A DNA stretch of 64,000 nt from an uncultured Planctomycetaceae bacterium (GCA_963833985.1 CAWIAD010000002.1:5184001-5248000); one strand, 5' to 3'; counted from the first letter of the stretch, positions 50,088-61,227 are shown. Translations and numbers: made by a program. Notes: generated by a model from the sequence alone, not told the origin.

Positions 50088-51674
50088 ATGGATGGACTCC
50101 ATCTGAGCAAGCTGCTCGACCACGCCGCGACCGAGCGGCCGGACCACGCGGCGATACTTGACGAGCATGGCCGCAGCCTGTCTTATGCCATGCTGCGGCA
50201 TGAGGCGGATCGCCTCGCCACACGGCTGGCCCGCTGGGGAGCGGGCCGGGGCGACCGCGTGGGGCTGTGGCTGCCCAAGAGCCTTCAGGCCGTCGCCGCC
50301 GTCCACGGCATCCTCCGTTCGGGGGCCGCTTATGTGCCCGTCGATCCCACGGGCCCGGCCCTCCGCGCCGCGGGCATCTTCGCATCGGCCGGAGTGAAGG
50401 CGGTGGTCGTAGACCGTGCGCTGGCGGGTGCTCTGAAGGATGCCTGGACCGGTCCGGGGCCCCTGCCCCGCGCGATCATTGTTGATCGGGACGGCTCCGA
50501 GCCAGCCCCCGTCGCCGCTCCCGACGCCCACTGGGCCGATATCGTGGCCGACGATGCGTCTTCTCCCCTGCCGCTGATCCGTGATGCGGAAGACCTGGCC
50601 TACATCCTGTTCACCTCGGGCTCCACGGGCCAACCCAAGGGTGTCATGCTCTCGCACGGCAACGCCTTCACGTTCCTGGACTGGTGCCAGCAGACGCTTG
50701 GCCCCTGGCACGCGGACGACCGCTTCTCCTCGCACGCGCCTTTCCATTTTGACCTGTCGGTCTTCGACCTCTTCATGGCTTGCCGCAACGCCGCGACGCT
50801 CGTGCTCATTGGCGAGAGCCTGGCGAAGGAGCCCGAGGAACTGGGCGCGTTTCTCAGCCGGCAGCAGATCAGTGTCTGGTACTCGGCACCCTCCATCCTG
50901 GCCCTCATAGCGAGCCAAGGCGGGCTCGATCGCCCCGGACGCCAGGCCCCGCGGCTGGTGCTCTTTGCGGGCGAGGTCTTTCCGATCGGCCCCTTGCGCA
51001 GGCTCAGGCAGCTCTGGCCGGAGTCTCGGCTCTGGAACCTGTACGGCCCGACCGAGACCAACGTCTGTACGGCCTACCCGATTCCGGACGACATCCCCGA
51101 GGATCGCACCGCTCCCTATCCCATCGGATCGGTCTGTCCTCCGCTGCGGGCGCGGGTCGTCGACGAGCAGGGCAACGATGTGGCCGCCGGCGCACTGGGT
51201 GAGCTGGTGATCGCCGGGCCTGGCGTGATGCGTGGCTACTTCGGCCAGCCCGAGCTCACCGCCCGCGCGTTCTTCACCAGCGATGAGCAGACGCGCTGGT
51301 ATCGTACGGGCGACCTTGTCGTCGACGATGGCACCGGCTGCTACCAGTTCCACGGGCGCCGCGACCGCATGGTCAAGAAGCGCGGCTACCGCATCGAGCT
51401 CGGAGAGATCGAGTCCGCCCTGTACCGTCATGACGGCGTCGACCGCGCGGCCGTCGTGGCCCGTTCCGACGAGGCGGGAGTGTCGATCGCGGCCTTCGTG
51501 GCCCTCAAGCCCGACCACAAGAGGTCCATCATCGCCATGAAACGGCATTGCACCGTCTACCTGCCCCACTACATGGTACCCGACACGATCACCTTTCTGG
51601 GCAGCCTTCCCGCTACCTCGACGGACAAGGTGGACTACCAGCGCCTCGGGACGATCGCGGGGGAGGAAAGCTGA
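50088..51674 (+). CDS. Stand-alone amino-acid adenylation enzyme, DltA-like
   Basis: YILFTSGSTGQPKG, HAPFHFDLSVFD, NLYGPTET, YRTGD, GRRD..KKRGYRIELGEIE, TSTDKVD. Confidence 0.9.
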   Translation: MDGLHLSKLLDHAATERPDHAAILDEHGRSLSYAMLRHEADRLATRLARWGAGRGDRVGLWLPKSLQAVAAVHGILRSGAAYVPVDPTGPALRAAGIFASAGVKAVVVDRALAGALKDAWTGPGPLPRAIIVDRDGSEPAPVAAPDAHWADIVADDASSPLPLIRDAEDLAYILFTSGSTGQPKGVMLSHGNAFTFLDWCQQTLGPWHADDRFSSHAPFHFDLSVFDLFMACRNAATLVLIGESLAKEPEELGAFLSRQQISVWYSAPSILALIASQGGLDRPGRQAPRLVLFAGEVFPIGPLRRLRQLWPESRLWNLYGPTETNVCTAYPIPDDIPEDRTAPYPIGSVCPPLRARVVDEQGNDVAAGALGELVIAGPGVMRGYFGQPELTARAFFTSDEQTRWYRTGDLVVDDGTGCYQFHGRRDRMVKKRGYRIELGEIESALYRHDGVDRAAVVARSDEAGVSIAAFVALKPDHKRSIIAMKRHCTVYLPHYMVPDTITFLGSLPATSTDKVDYQRLGTIAGEES

Positions 51675-51692
51675 GACCGAGGGGCCACAACA

Positions 51693-52723
51693 ATGAATCC
51701 GCTGCTCCGCGAGCTCTTCTGCTGGAAGTTCGTGTTTTACTCCCTGCTCTTGCCCGTGCTTCGCCGGCTGGGTCCGGTACGCTGCGATGCGGCCCTGCGT
51801 CGCCTGGGCCAGGCCCTGGCGGTGCTCTGTCCGGGACGAAAAAAGCGGTTGCAAGCCGCGCTCATGGCGGTTCAACCGGCGCTCGAACGGGATGCACCGG
51901 CCGCGGCGCTCTGGCTTGACCTGGCCGCCGGCTCGGCGCGGTTCCAGGCGCGCGACTGCACGCTGGAAGGATCCTCGGAGAAGGCCCTCTGGCGCGGTTC
52001 GATGTCACGGGAAATGAGCGCCTTCAGCAAGCTCTGGAGGCCGGCCGCGGCGCGATTCTCGTCGGCAGCCACCACGGTGCGTACATTGCCGGCCTGCACT
52101 GGCTGGCCCGCGCCCGGTTGCCCCTGCGCGCCCTCATCCAGCGTCCACGGCACGTCTCGCGTGAATTGCGCGCGTGGTTCGATGAAGCCAGACCCCCGCA
52201 TCCGCAGAGCGAGATGTTCCTGCGCCGCGATTTGACGCCCGAGGAGGGCATCAAGCTGCTGTTCCGCGCCCGTGCCGCCCTGCGCGACGGCCAGGCGCTT
52301 TATCTCTGCGGGGACATCCCCTGGAACGGTCTGAACACGCGCCAGGGAACGCTGCTGGGCCAGCCGCTGAACTTCCTGGCCGTCTGGACCGAGCTCGCCG
52401 TACTCACGCGGGCTCTCGTGTTTTACGTGTTCTGTGCGCATCGTCCCGGCGGCAGGTTCCGCCTGGAGATCGAGGCGGCCGGCCAGGTTCACGCCGGGCA
52501 GGAGAACGACGCCATGGCCGATTATCTCAGGGAGCTCGAGGCGCGGATCGCCCACGATCCGACTTCGGCCGTCGCCCACCTGCTCTGGCCCTGCTTCAGC
52601 GGCTCGCCCGCAGCGAGGGCCAGCCGCCGAGCAACGCGGGGCCCGGCCGGCTTCCGTCCCGGCCGCCGCCAGCCCGCCCGTTTTATCGTCCCGAGAGTGG
52701 ATCGCCGCGACACGCCGGCTTGA
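51693..52723 (+). CDS. LpxL/HtrB-family lysophospholipid acyltransferase-like protein, frameshift near 51988
   Basis: The shifted frame gives RFDVTGNERLQQALEAGRGAILVGSHHG; ALRDGQALYLCGD; YLRELEARIAHDP...LW. Confidence 0.75.
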
Positions 52724-54297
52724 CCCCGACGCCCGCCAGGTTGAGTGAATCCGCCTCGGCACCCCCCTCCAGGCGCTTCCCCGCCAGTTCATAACGCTGC
52801 GCTTTCCGCGTGCGTTCCGCGGCATCGAACCGGATCCGCAAGGTGGTCCGGTAAAAGCGAGCCGCGAACCGGCACACCTCTTTCCAGGCGGCCGGAGTGA
52901 GATCGAAGTGCCGGGCGCAGGCAGACGGATCAAGGGCTGGAGCGGGAATGCCGGCCGGCCAGCCGAACGCGCCGCGCGACTTCAGCGCGGCCAGCACGCT
53001 CTCGGCCAGCGCCAGGTGCCCCTCCAGCGAGGGGTGCATCGCGTCGTGGAACAGAGCATCATCGAGCTGGCCGCAAGCGTGCCGGGCGTGGAAGACCGCC
53101 TGGCCGTCGACCAGGACCGCTCCGTAGCGCGGGGCGAGCGTGCGGTAGACGTCCTGAAACGAGCTCACGCAGCGCATCGGATGGCCGTCCAGGTCGCGGG
53201 CCCGAACGTACTCGCGGTACGCCTCTTCCAGGCGCCCCGCCTGTTCGAGCATTCGAGCCAGGCGGAAGTGCGTCTCGGCAAAGCCAGGCTGCTGCGCGAT
53301 CAGGGCACGATAGCGCTCCATGCTTTGCTCGGGCTCATGCGCTTCCAGTGCGCGCGCCCACTCCACCTGACGGACGAACTCCTGACGTTGGGCCATGGGC
53401 AGATCAGCAGGCAAGAGCGACCGGTTCGGCTCGTAACCGGCGTCGTTTCCCGGCGGTATGATGACCACCGTGAGCACACCCGAGGCTTGCAGATCGGCCA
53501 GCATGATTTGCAGCCGGCGGCGAAAGTCTTCAAGCCGCTCGCGGTGCTCGGCAAGGGTGTGCGACGGCACGTCGGCAATGCTGCGCGGCCGTGGCTCCGG
53601 CGGGAGTGCAACCAACATGCGCTCCCGGGATTCGTGAACCAGCCGGCAGAGCGGCGAATGCTGCGTGACCCAGGCCGCCAGACGCTTCGTCCACCAGGCC
53701 GGTGGATCGTCCCGATAGTAGGGAACTTCCGAGGACCAGGCGTGCCGTGACGCGAACTCGTTGTGTCCCGCGTAGAGGATCACCGCGTCCGGGCGCTGCC
53801 GGGATTCCGCCAGCCGCTGGTGCATCTGCTCCAGCGTCCATCCGGGTCTGGCCTGCACTTCCAGGTGGAACATGCGCCGGGGGAACAGCCAGCGAAGCTG
53901 CCAGACGACGAGCTTGCCGACGGATAGCCAATCCTTGTACGGCACCCCCTCCGCGCTCGACTCGCCCACCACCACGATGGTGGCATCCTGATCCGGTCCG
54001 GCAGCCCTGGCCGGGGCGTTCGTCATGCTCAGCCGGGGTGCGCGATGCAGCCACGACGCATACAGGGCGCAGGAAAACTCGGCCAGCACCAGGCCCGCCA
54101 GCGTGGTCGTCGCCACAGCGGTGGCACGCAGGATGAGACGGCGGCCACGGCCCGGCCGGTGCCGCAGTCGAACGAACGCCAGCGCCGTGAGCACCGCCAG
54201 GCCGAGCGCCTCCCAGGATCAGCAACGGGTAAGCGGTTTCCACTGCCACCAGAATCGCAGCGCGGGAAGCTCCATCCTGGGGCGTCATGGACACCAT
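52683..54297 (-). CDS. Membrane-anchored SGNH hydrolase with inserted TPR, frameshift near 54212
   Basis: VVGESSAEG, YAGHNEF, PGFAETHFRLA (TPR), HDAMHPS. Confidence 0.8.
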
Positions 54298-54302
54298 CCT
54301 GA

Positions 54303-56088
54303 TCAGGGTGCCGGCGCGGGGTGCACGCCCAGGCCGGTGATCCCGGCCGACTCAGGCGGCTTACCCCCGGTGATCAACCTGGCCGCGTGCTGGTATTCGT
54401 TCTCGCGTTTCAGCCGCTCGCTGGGATCGTGGCGGATGAACGCGGTCAATCCGTAAAAGTGCCCGGAGCGCTCGCAGACAGTCGCCCAGCGCTCTCGCGT
54501 TCAACCCGAAATGCCTGGCACACTGGTCCGCATCGATCATGGGCGTGGCGGCCCTGGCGGGCCAGCCCAGAGCGTGACGGTCGTGCATCTGCTTGAGGGT
54601 CTCTTGAGCCAGCGCGAGATAACCGCACAGGTTGGGATGCTGCGCGTCGTGGTAGAAGTGGTCGTCCAGGATCTGGTGCGGGCTCACCGGTTTGAGCACC
54701 TGGGTGCTGTCGATGAGGATGAGCCGGGGATGGCGTGCGGCCACGTCATGGTAGGCCCGGCGAAATGCCTCGGGACAGCGCATGGGCATGGCATCGGCTT
54801 CACGCGCCGCGACGTAATGCGTTGCCGCTTCGTTCCACTCTCCCGCCCGTTCCAGCAACTGCGCCAGGCGGTAATGCGCCTCGGCAAACCCGGGCGCGGT
54901 CTTGAGCAGGGCGCGGTAGGCAGCGCAGGCTTGCGCCGGTTCGCCCGGCTCGAGCTCACGGGCATGATCAAAGCTCTGCGTGAAGGCCTCGCGCACGTCC
55001 CGGCCCGCGGTGGGAGGGAGGACCGACCGGCTGGGCTCGAAGTCGCCGTCGTTCGAACCAGGGACGATGAACACAGGCAGTGAGCCGATCGCCTCGCAGT
55101 AAGTGGCGATCGCCTCGGTCCTGCTCTGAAAGTCGCTCAGGATGCGGGCTCGCTCGCTCTCCGTACAGACCGGACGGTCGACGAGCTGCCGCGTGATCAC
55201 CGCCCGGGGGATCCGCTCGAGACGCTGATGGTCCAGGGTCTCGAGGATCAGCCGGCAGATCGACGACTGCCGCAGGATCAGGTCCACAAGTGACCTCACG
55301 GCCTTGCGCTCTTGCTCGTCATCGTAGTAGGGCGGGTTACGGTCCCAGGCATAGCGGCCCTGGAACTCGTTGTGGCCGGAAAAGAGCAGAACCAGGTCCG
55401 GCCGGTAGTTCAGAAAGGACAGCTTCTGATGCATCCGCTCCAGGGTCGCGCCGCCCTCCGCCCACATGTCGACCTCGATCTTCCGGTCCGGGAAGACCCG
55501 TTCGAGCTGCCAGCCGACAATCTGACCCACCGAGAGCCACGGGTGATAGGGCTCGCCGCGCCCGCTCGATTCCCCGATGACCAGGACGCGCAAGGGCTCA
55601 GCGCTCGATTCCGGTTTCTCGTCGGAAAACGCCGTCGGCAGTTTCGACGAGGCATCGGCCGTCCTGGCCCCGGGCTTCGGCGGTGCCGGGGCGCGATGCA
55701 GCCAGCCGGTCCAGACTGCCGCGGTCAGCTCCAGAATGCCCAGGCTCAGGACCAGCGAGCTCCAGAGCAGAAAAAGCCGGGCGATCCTGGGACGGCGGAA
55801 GATCGCCGCCCGCCCTCGAGTCAGCAGCAGGCTGCCGATGAGCAGTCCCAGAATGGCAATCGCCAGCACCGCCACGTAAGCGATGAGCAATCCATTCAGG
55901 AACGCGGTGGCGATGCTGCACCGCGTGGAATAAGGAAGAGATTCCCAGGCGAGCGAGAACCACGCGGGAACGAGCTCCCAGGCGAAGAATGCGCAGGCAC
56001 AAAGGCACCCCAGGCCCGCCAGGCGAAGAAGCCGCCCCGGTTGGAGCGATGCGCGGACGCCGTGCGACAGGGGATCGCTCTCTTTCAT
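54303..56088 (-). CDS. Paralogous membrane-anchored SGNH-TPR protein, frameshift near 54490
   Basis: VIGESSGRG, FSGHNEF, PGFAEAHYRLA, HDAQHPN; the shifted frame ends WATVCERSGHFY..AGITGLGV, matching the paralog's C-terminus. Confidence 0.8.
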
Positions 56089-56304
56089 GAACGAGGATGA
56101 CTCCCCGATCGTATCCTGCCGTGCAAGACCCTGGACTCATTGAGCCGCCTATCTTACTGGAAATGCTCGATGTGGGTACACCAACTGGAAGTCGTTCGCA
56201 CGGGCCAGGGAACGCCGACGGCTGTTCATCGTCCACCGGCCGCGTTAGATTGAACCTCCTTCGAGCTGACCCTGAAACCCTGGTCTCCACGATCCGCGCG
56301 GCCC

Positions 56305-57495
56305 ATGTCGAGTGCTTCATCGTTGCGCCCCGATCCCGATCCGTTCGCCTCGATGTTCGAGACCGTCTCCGCACTGACGCAGCGGATCAAGGATGCCCTG
56401 GAGACCGACTTCACGGAGATCGCCCTGCACGGCGAGATCACGAACCTGGCCCGGCCGAAGTCGGGGCATCTCTACTTCAGCCTCAGGGACCAGTCCGCGG
56501 CGATCCGCGGGGTGATGTGGAGAGGCGACGCCCAGCGCCTGGCCTTCGACGTCTCGGACGGCCTGGCCGTGCGCTTGCTCGGCCGGCTCACGGTCTACCC
56601 TCCCCGTGGCGAGTATCAGGTCGTCGTCCGCCACCTCGAGCCCGATGGCCTGGGTGCACTCGAGCTGGCTTTTCGCCGGCTGCACGCCCGGCTTGCGGCC
56701 GAGGGGCTCTTCGATTCCGCGCGGAAGCGGCCGCTGCCGCGTTACCCGGGGCGCATCGTCATCGTCACCAGCCCGACCGGTGCCGCGGTTCGCGACCTGC
56801 TCCAGGTGACCGGCCGGCGCTGGAACCCCACGGAGATTCTCATCGCGCCGGCTCGCGTTCAGGGCAACGGTGCAGGCGCCGAGATCGCTGCCGCCATCAT
56901 GCTGGCCAACCAGGTCAAGGACGCCGAGCTCGTGATCATCGCCCGTGGGGGCGGGTCCGCCGAGGACCTCTGGGCCTTCAACGAGGAGATCGTGGTCCGC
57001 ACCATCGCGGCGTCGCGCCTGCCGACAATCTCCGCCGTGGGCCACGAGATCGACGTCACCCTGGCTGACCTGGCCGCTGACCGGCGCGCCCTCACACCCA
57101 GCGAGGCCGGCGAGCTCGCCGTGCCCGATGCCCGCGAGGTTGCCATGCACCTCGACCGCCTCGCCGAGCGCATCCGCATCCTCTCCGAGGCTCGCCTCTG
57201 CGAGGCGCGTGCCCGCCTCGACCAGCTTGGAAAGATCGCCGAGCAGGCCATGCACCGAACCCTCGAAGCGCGCCGACACCTCTTGACCCGCCTGGCCGCT
57301 TCGCTCGAGGCCCTCAGCCCCCTGGCCGTGCTCGCCCGCGGCTACAGCCTCACCTTCCAGGCCGACAAAACCACACTCGTCCGATCCGCCAGCGACGTTC
57401 GACCCGATGACCTCATCCACACCCGCCTGGCCTCTGGTCAGGTCACTTCCCGGGTGATCTCATCCATCTCACCTGGCACTCCCTCCACTTCCTGA
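56305..57495 (+). CDS. xseA: Exodeoxyribonuclease VII large subunit
   Basis: GEITN..SGHLYFSLRD, VTSPTGAAVRD, RGGGSAEDLWAFNEE, SAVGHEID, ALSPLAVLARGYS. Confidence 0.96.
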   Translation: MSSASSLRPDPDPFASMFETVSALTQRIKDALETDFTEIALHGEITNLARPKSGHLYFSLRDQSAAIRGVMWRGDAQRLAFDVSDGLAVRLLGRLTVYPPRGEYQVVVRHLEPDGLGALELAFRRLHARLAAEGLFDSARKRPLPRYPGRIVIVTSPTGAAVRDLLQVTGRRWNPTEILIAPARVQGNGAGAEIAAAIMLANQVKDAELVIIARGGGSAEDLWAFNEEIVVRTIAASRLPTISAVGHEIDVTLADLAADRRALTPSEAGELAVPDAREVAMHLDRLAERIRILSEARLCEARARLDQLGKIAEQAMHRTLEARRHLLTRLAASLEALSPLAVLARGYSLTFQADKTTLVRSASDVRPDDLIHTRLASGQVTSRVISSISPGTPSTS

Positions 57496-57712
57496 ACTGA
57501 TACGGCTGCTGGAGCACCGAGTTAGCACTCTGGATAATCTCTAGCAGTCGCCACGACTGAATACGATTTGCACGGCCTGGAAGGATAGGTATTATTGATA
57601 GCCTACTTCAGGCAAGCCATCATCCCCTTCGTGCATCGAGACGGGTCCCACAGCGGAAGCGTACGCTTCCTGGCGGCACTCGCCAGGAATCCACACCACG
57701 GGAGACAGAACG

Positions 57713-60667
57713 ATGAGTCGTGATTCCGGAATTCCGGTCCACACGGGTTGGTTCGGACTGCGGCGCCCTTCTTCTTCAAGGGCACTTGCTGGCGGGAGGC
57801 GTTTGCCCCGGCGACGGCCTTGCGAGTTCCTGGACTTGCTGGAGGAGCGCACGCTTCTTTCCACGATCACTCTCGATATCGCCGGTGGCGCTCTCAGCTA
57901 CGCCGAGACAGGCACTCCCGGATCGGGCAGCGTGCTCACGGTGTCCACCACGGGCAAGGCCGGCAGCTACACGTTCAGTGAGTCGACTCAACCCATCACG
58001 CTTGGACCCGGTGCGGTCCTGGCCGGCTGGACGGGAAGCGGGACCGACACCGTCACCGGGCCGGATAGCTCCGTGACATCGATCGCGATCACGAAGCTCG
58101 GTCAAGATAACATCAACATCGAATCCGTGGATGCGAGCACGGTCGTTGATGCCGGTTCAGGAACCACCAGCGTGCACGTTGGCAATGCCGGCAGTCTGGC
58201 CGGCATCCAGGCCGCGATCACCGCCAGGTCCACCGGGGGCAGCGGCGTTCTGAGCGTGGACGATTCGAGCAACTCCGCGAGCCGCACCTTCAGTGTGACC
58301 AGCACCCAGGTCAACGGCAATGCTCTCGCCGACCCGATCACGTTCGGCACCGGCATCAGCAACGTGACGATCAAAGGGGGAACCGGCGACGATACGTTCA
58401 ATGTCAGCAGCTTCGGCACCGGCAGCCTGTCGAGTTACAACTTGCAGGGCGGCACCGGCACGAACACGCTGAACGTGACTTCCACCCTGGCCGGACTGAC
58501 CTTCACGAACCCAGGTCAGATCGTGGCCAGTCCGTCGCTGATTCTCAACTACGCCAACCTCGCGAGCGTCCACATCACCGAGCCGGCGACCGCACCTTCG
58601 GGCACGGCCGCAACGATCAAGGGCGTTGAAGGCACGCCAGTGAACAACCAGGTCGTCGCAACCTTCACCGACAGCGACCTGGGCGTGACCCCGACCGACT
58701 TCGCGGCCTCGATCAACTGGGGCGACAGCACGGCGGCTTCCAGCGGCCAGATCGTTTCCACCGGACCCGGCGCATTCGAAGTACTGGGAAGCCATACGTT
58801 TGCGGCCACGGGAACATTTCCGGTCAACGTCACGCTGAGCGCGCTGGGCGCAACCGGTTCGACCACCGTCGGCGGCACAACCATCGTGGTGACGACCACC
58901 GGCCCGGTCGCGTCCACGCCCAGTCCGATTGTATCGTCGGCCACGGTGGCCGCGGCGCCGCTGTCCGCGCAGGGTGCGCCGATCGCTGGTTACCAGGGAC
59001 TGCCGCTGAGTGATTACCCGGTCGTCAGCTCTCCATCGGCGGACGTCCTGGTCGCGACGTTCACAGACACCGGGACCATTGGAACTCCGGCGGATTACAC
59101 GGCCAGCATCAACTGGGGGGACGGCAGCGCCGCAACTTCAGCCACGCGCATCGTCTCCGCCGGAACCGCCAACGGAACGGTCTTCAGCGTCTACGGCGAC
59201 CACACGTACGCGGGTCTCGGCCCTTATCAGGTGGTCACCACAATCACCAAGACCGCGTCGGGCGCCCAGGCGGTTGCCACGTCCCAGGCGACCATCGTCG
59301 ATGCGCCGCTTTCAGGAACGACCACGCCGACGTTGAGCGTCACGGAGGGCATGTACTTCACGGGGACCCTCGCCTTGCTTACCGACACGAATCCCTCATC
59401 CAGCCCGGATCATTTCCGGATCATGATCGACTGGGGAGACGGCTCGCCCGAGTCGGCCGGCATCCTGGTGGCGAGCCCTTCGTCGGGGGGAAGCGGTGTT
59501 TCTTACGCTGTTGATGGAAGCCACACCTACGCCGACTCGCTCCCCACCGGCGCTCCGGGAACCGGCTTGCCGGGACCCCAGACCGGCAACTATCTGATCC
59601 ATGTTTATATCACCGAGACCGGCGGCGCGACGCTGAACCTGACCAATAACGCACTCGTCACGGACCGGGCCTTGACCCTCACCGGCAAGCTCAACCCCTC
59701 CAGCGACTCCGGCATCTCGAACAGCGACAACATCACAAACGTGGTGCAGCCGAACTTCATCGGCACGACCAGCGAGCCGGATGCCACGGTTTCGCTCTAC
59801 GCCACGGCGGCCGGCTCATCCTCGCCGGTCCTCCTGGGCACAACCCGGTCCGACTCCAGCGACGCCTGGAGCATCACTTCGAGCATGGCTCTGTCCGACG
59901 GCAGCTACGCCATCACCGCGCAGGCCACCGACAGCTCGGGGCACACAATCAGCAACATGACGACCATCGTGTCCAGCCTGGTGATCGACACGGTCGGACC
60001 GAAGGTGACGAACATCTACTTCGACCGCATCCACGGCCAGGTGCAGATCACCTTCCAGGATTTCGGCGGGGTGGGCAACGCCGGTGTGGGTATGAACCAG
60101 TCCACCGTGGTCGATGCCAACAACTACGCCTTCTCGCTCATCTACTCGCCGTTCAACCCCAAGCGTGTACCCAGGTTCCTGGTGACCTCGATCACCGTCA
60201 GCCCGGGCACGCAGACCGGCGCCCAGGCGGCGACCGTCGTCATCAACCACAACCGGTACCTCCGCGGGGGCCACTTCCTGTTCACGGCCCGCTCGGTGAG
60301 TCCGACGAACCTGACGGGCATCCAGGATATCGCGGGCAATGCGCTGGACGGCGAGTTCTACAGCTATTTCCCGTCGGGCAACAACCACCCGGGCGGCGAC
60401 TTTGTGGCCGAGATTGACGCTGAACACCATAAGGTCTACGCGCCGCGATCCGTGATCGGCTCGGCCACGCCCGTGAGTCCTCCCGGCACGCCGGGAACCT
60501 CCAGCCATATTCCGACCTACCAGCCGGGCCGTTCCAGGTACGGGACTGCCGCGGTCAAGCTCGCCAGCAAGCAGGTCGTGAACACAACTCCCAGGGCAAC
60601 GGCCACTCCGGTCGCGCGGGCCAGCCTGGCGCATGTACGGAGAGAGCTTCCGGCCAGGCGCCGTTGA
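57713..60667 (+). CDS. Large Thr/Ser/Gly-rich surface protein with PKD-like and Ig-like repeats
   Basis: LLEERTLLS planctomycete extracellular signal; three FTD..INWGD-type units; SDSGISNSDNIT Ig-like domain; DIAGNALDGEF..PSGN..PGGDF C-terminus. Confidence 0.85.
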   Translation: MSRDSGIPVHTGWFGLRRPSSSRALAGGRRLPRRRPCEFLDLLEERTLLSTITLDIAGGALSYAETGTPGSGSVLTVSTTGKAGSYTFSESTQPITLGPGAVLAGWTGSGTDTVTGPDSSVTSIAITKLGQDNINIESVDASTVVDAGSGTTSVHVGNAGSLAGIQAAITARSTGGSGVLSVDDSSNSASRTFSVTSTQVNGNALADPITFGTGISNVTIKGGTGDDTFNVSSFGTGSLSSYNLQGGTGTNTLNVTSTLAGLTFTNPGQIVASPSLILNYANLASVHITEPATAPSGTAATIKGVEGTPVNNQVVATFTDSDLGVTPTDFAASINWGDSTAASSGQIVSTGPGAFEVLGSHTFAATGTFPVNVTLSALGATGSTTVGGTTIVVTTTGPVASTPSPIVSSATVAAAPLSAQGAPIAGYQGLPLSDYPVVSSPSADVLVATFTDTGTIGTPADYTASINWGDGSAATSATRIVSAGTANGTVFSVYGDHTYAGLGPYQVVTTITKTASGAQAVATSQATIVDAPLSGTTTPTLSVTEGMYFTGTLALLTDTNPSSSPDHFRIMIDWGDGSPESAGILVASPSSGGSGVSYAVDGSHTYADSLPTGAPGTGLPGPQTGNYLIHVYITETGGATLNLTNNALVTDRALTLTGKLNPSSDSGISNSDNITNVVQPNFIGTTSEPDATVSLYATAAGSSSPVLLGTTRSDSSDAWSITSSMALSDGSYAITAQATDSSGHTISNMTTIVSSLVIDTVGPKVTNIYFDRIHGQVQITFQDFGGVGNAGVGMNQSTVVDANNYAFSLIYSPFNPKRVPRFLVTSITVSPGTQTGAQAATVVINHNRYLRGGHFLFTARSVSPTNLTGIQDIAGNALDGEFYSYFPSGNNHPGGDFVAEIDAEHHKVYAPRSVIGSATPVSPPGTPGTSSHIPTYQPGRSRYGTAAVKLASKQVVNTTPRATATPVARASLAHVRRELPARRR

Positions 60668-60825
60668 GCTCGGGCCGTCGAGTGCCGCGCGTCGCGTCCG
60701 GCCAGGGGTGGTCACCGCTCCCTTGGCCGGATCGCCTCCGGAGAGTACCTTGAGAATGGATCGAACCTGAAACCCAAGCGGTATCCCCTGAACGCGCCGG
60801 AACGCGCTTTGTCCGCGAGTGAACC

Positions 60826-61227
60826 ATGCCCGAGGAACCTGAGCCTTGCTTCGAGGCCGCTGTCAGCCAGCTCGAGCAGATCGTCGCGTCGCTGGAGCGC
60901 GGCGAGCCCGAACTGGCGGCGGCCCTGAGCAAGTACGAGACGGGCATCCGGCTGCTCAGCCGGTGCTATGCGCTGCTGGAGCGTGCGGAACGCTCCGTGG
61001 CGCTGCTGACGGGCGTCGATGCCGCCGGGAGCCCGAAGACGGTCGCGTTCGACTCCTCTGCAACCATGGGTGTTCAGAGCGAGAAGGCCGCGCCAGCTCC
61101 ACCAGTGCAGAAGGCACCCGCCACCGAAGACATCCTCGAGCCGGTCATCGCACCGAAGCCGGCGCGTCCACGGCGTACCAGGCCGCTGGCCGAGCCGGAG
61201 GCCGATGTTCTCGAACCGCCCTTCTAG
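60826..61227 (+). CDS. xseB: Exodeoxyribonuclease VII small subunit
   Basis: FEAAVSQLEQIVASLERGE..LAAALSKYETGIRL..C..LLERAE; Pro-rich C-terminal extension. Confidence 0.92.
   Translation: MPEEPEPCFEAAVSQLEQIVASLERGEPELAAALSKYETGIRLLSRCYALLERAERSVALLTGVDAAGSPKTVAFDSSATMGVQSEKAAPAPPVQKAPATEDILEPVIAPKPARPRRTRPLAEPEADVLEPPF

Noticed and set aside
57522..57548. TTAGCACTC, a CIRCE half-site
   Set aside because: The GAGTGCTAA right arm is absent, and no heat-shock gene lies downstream
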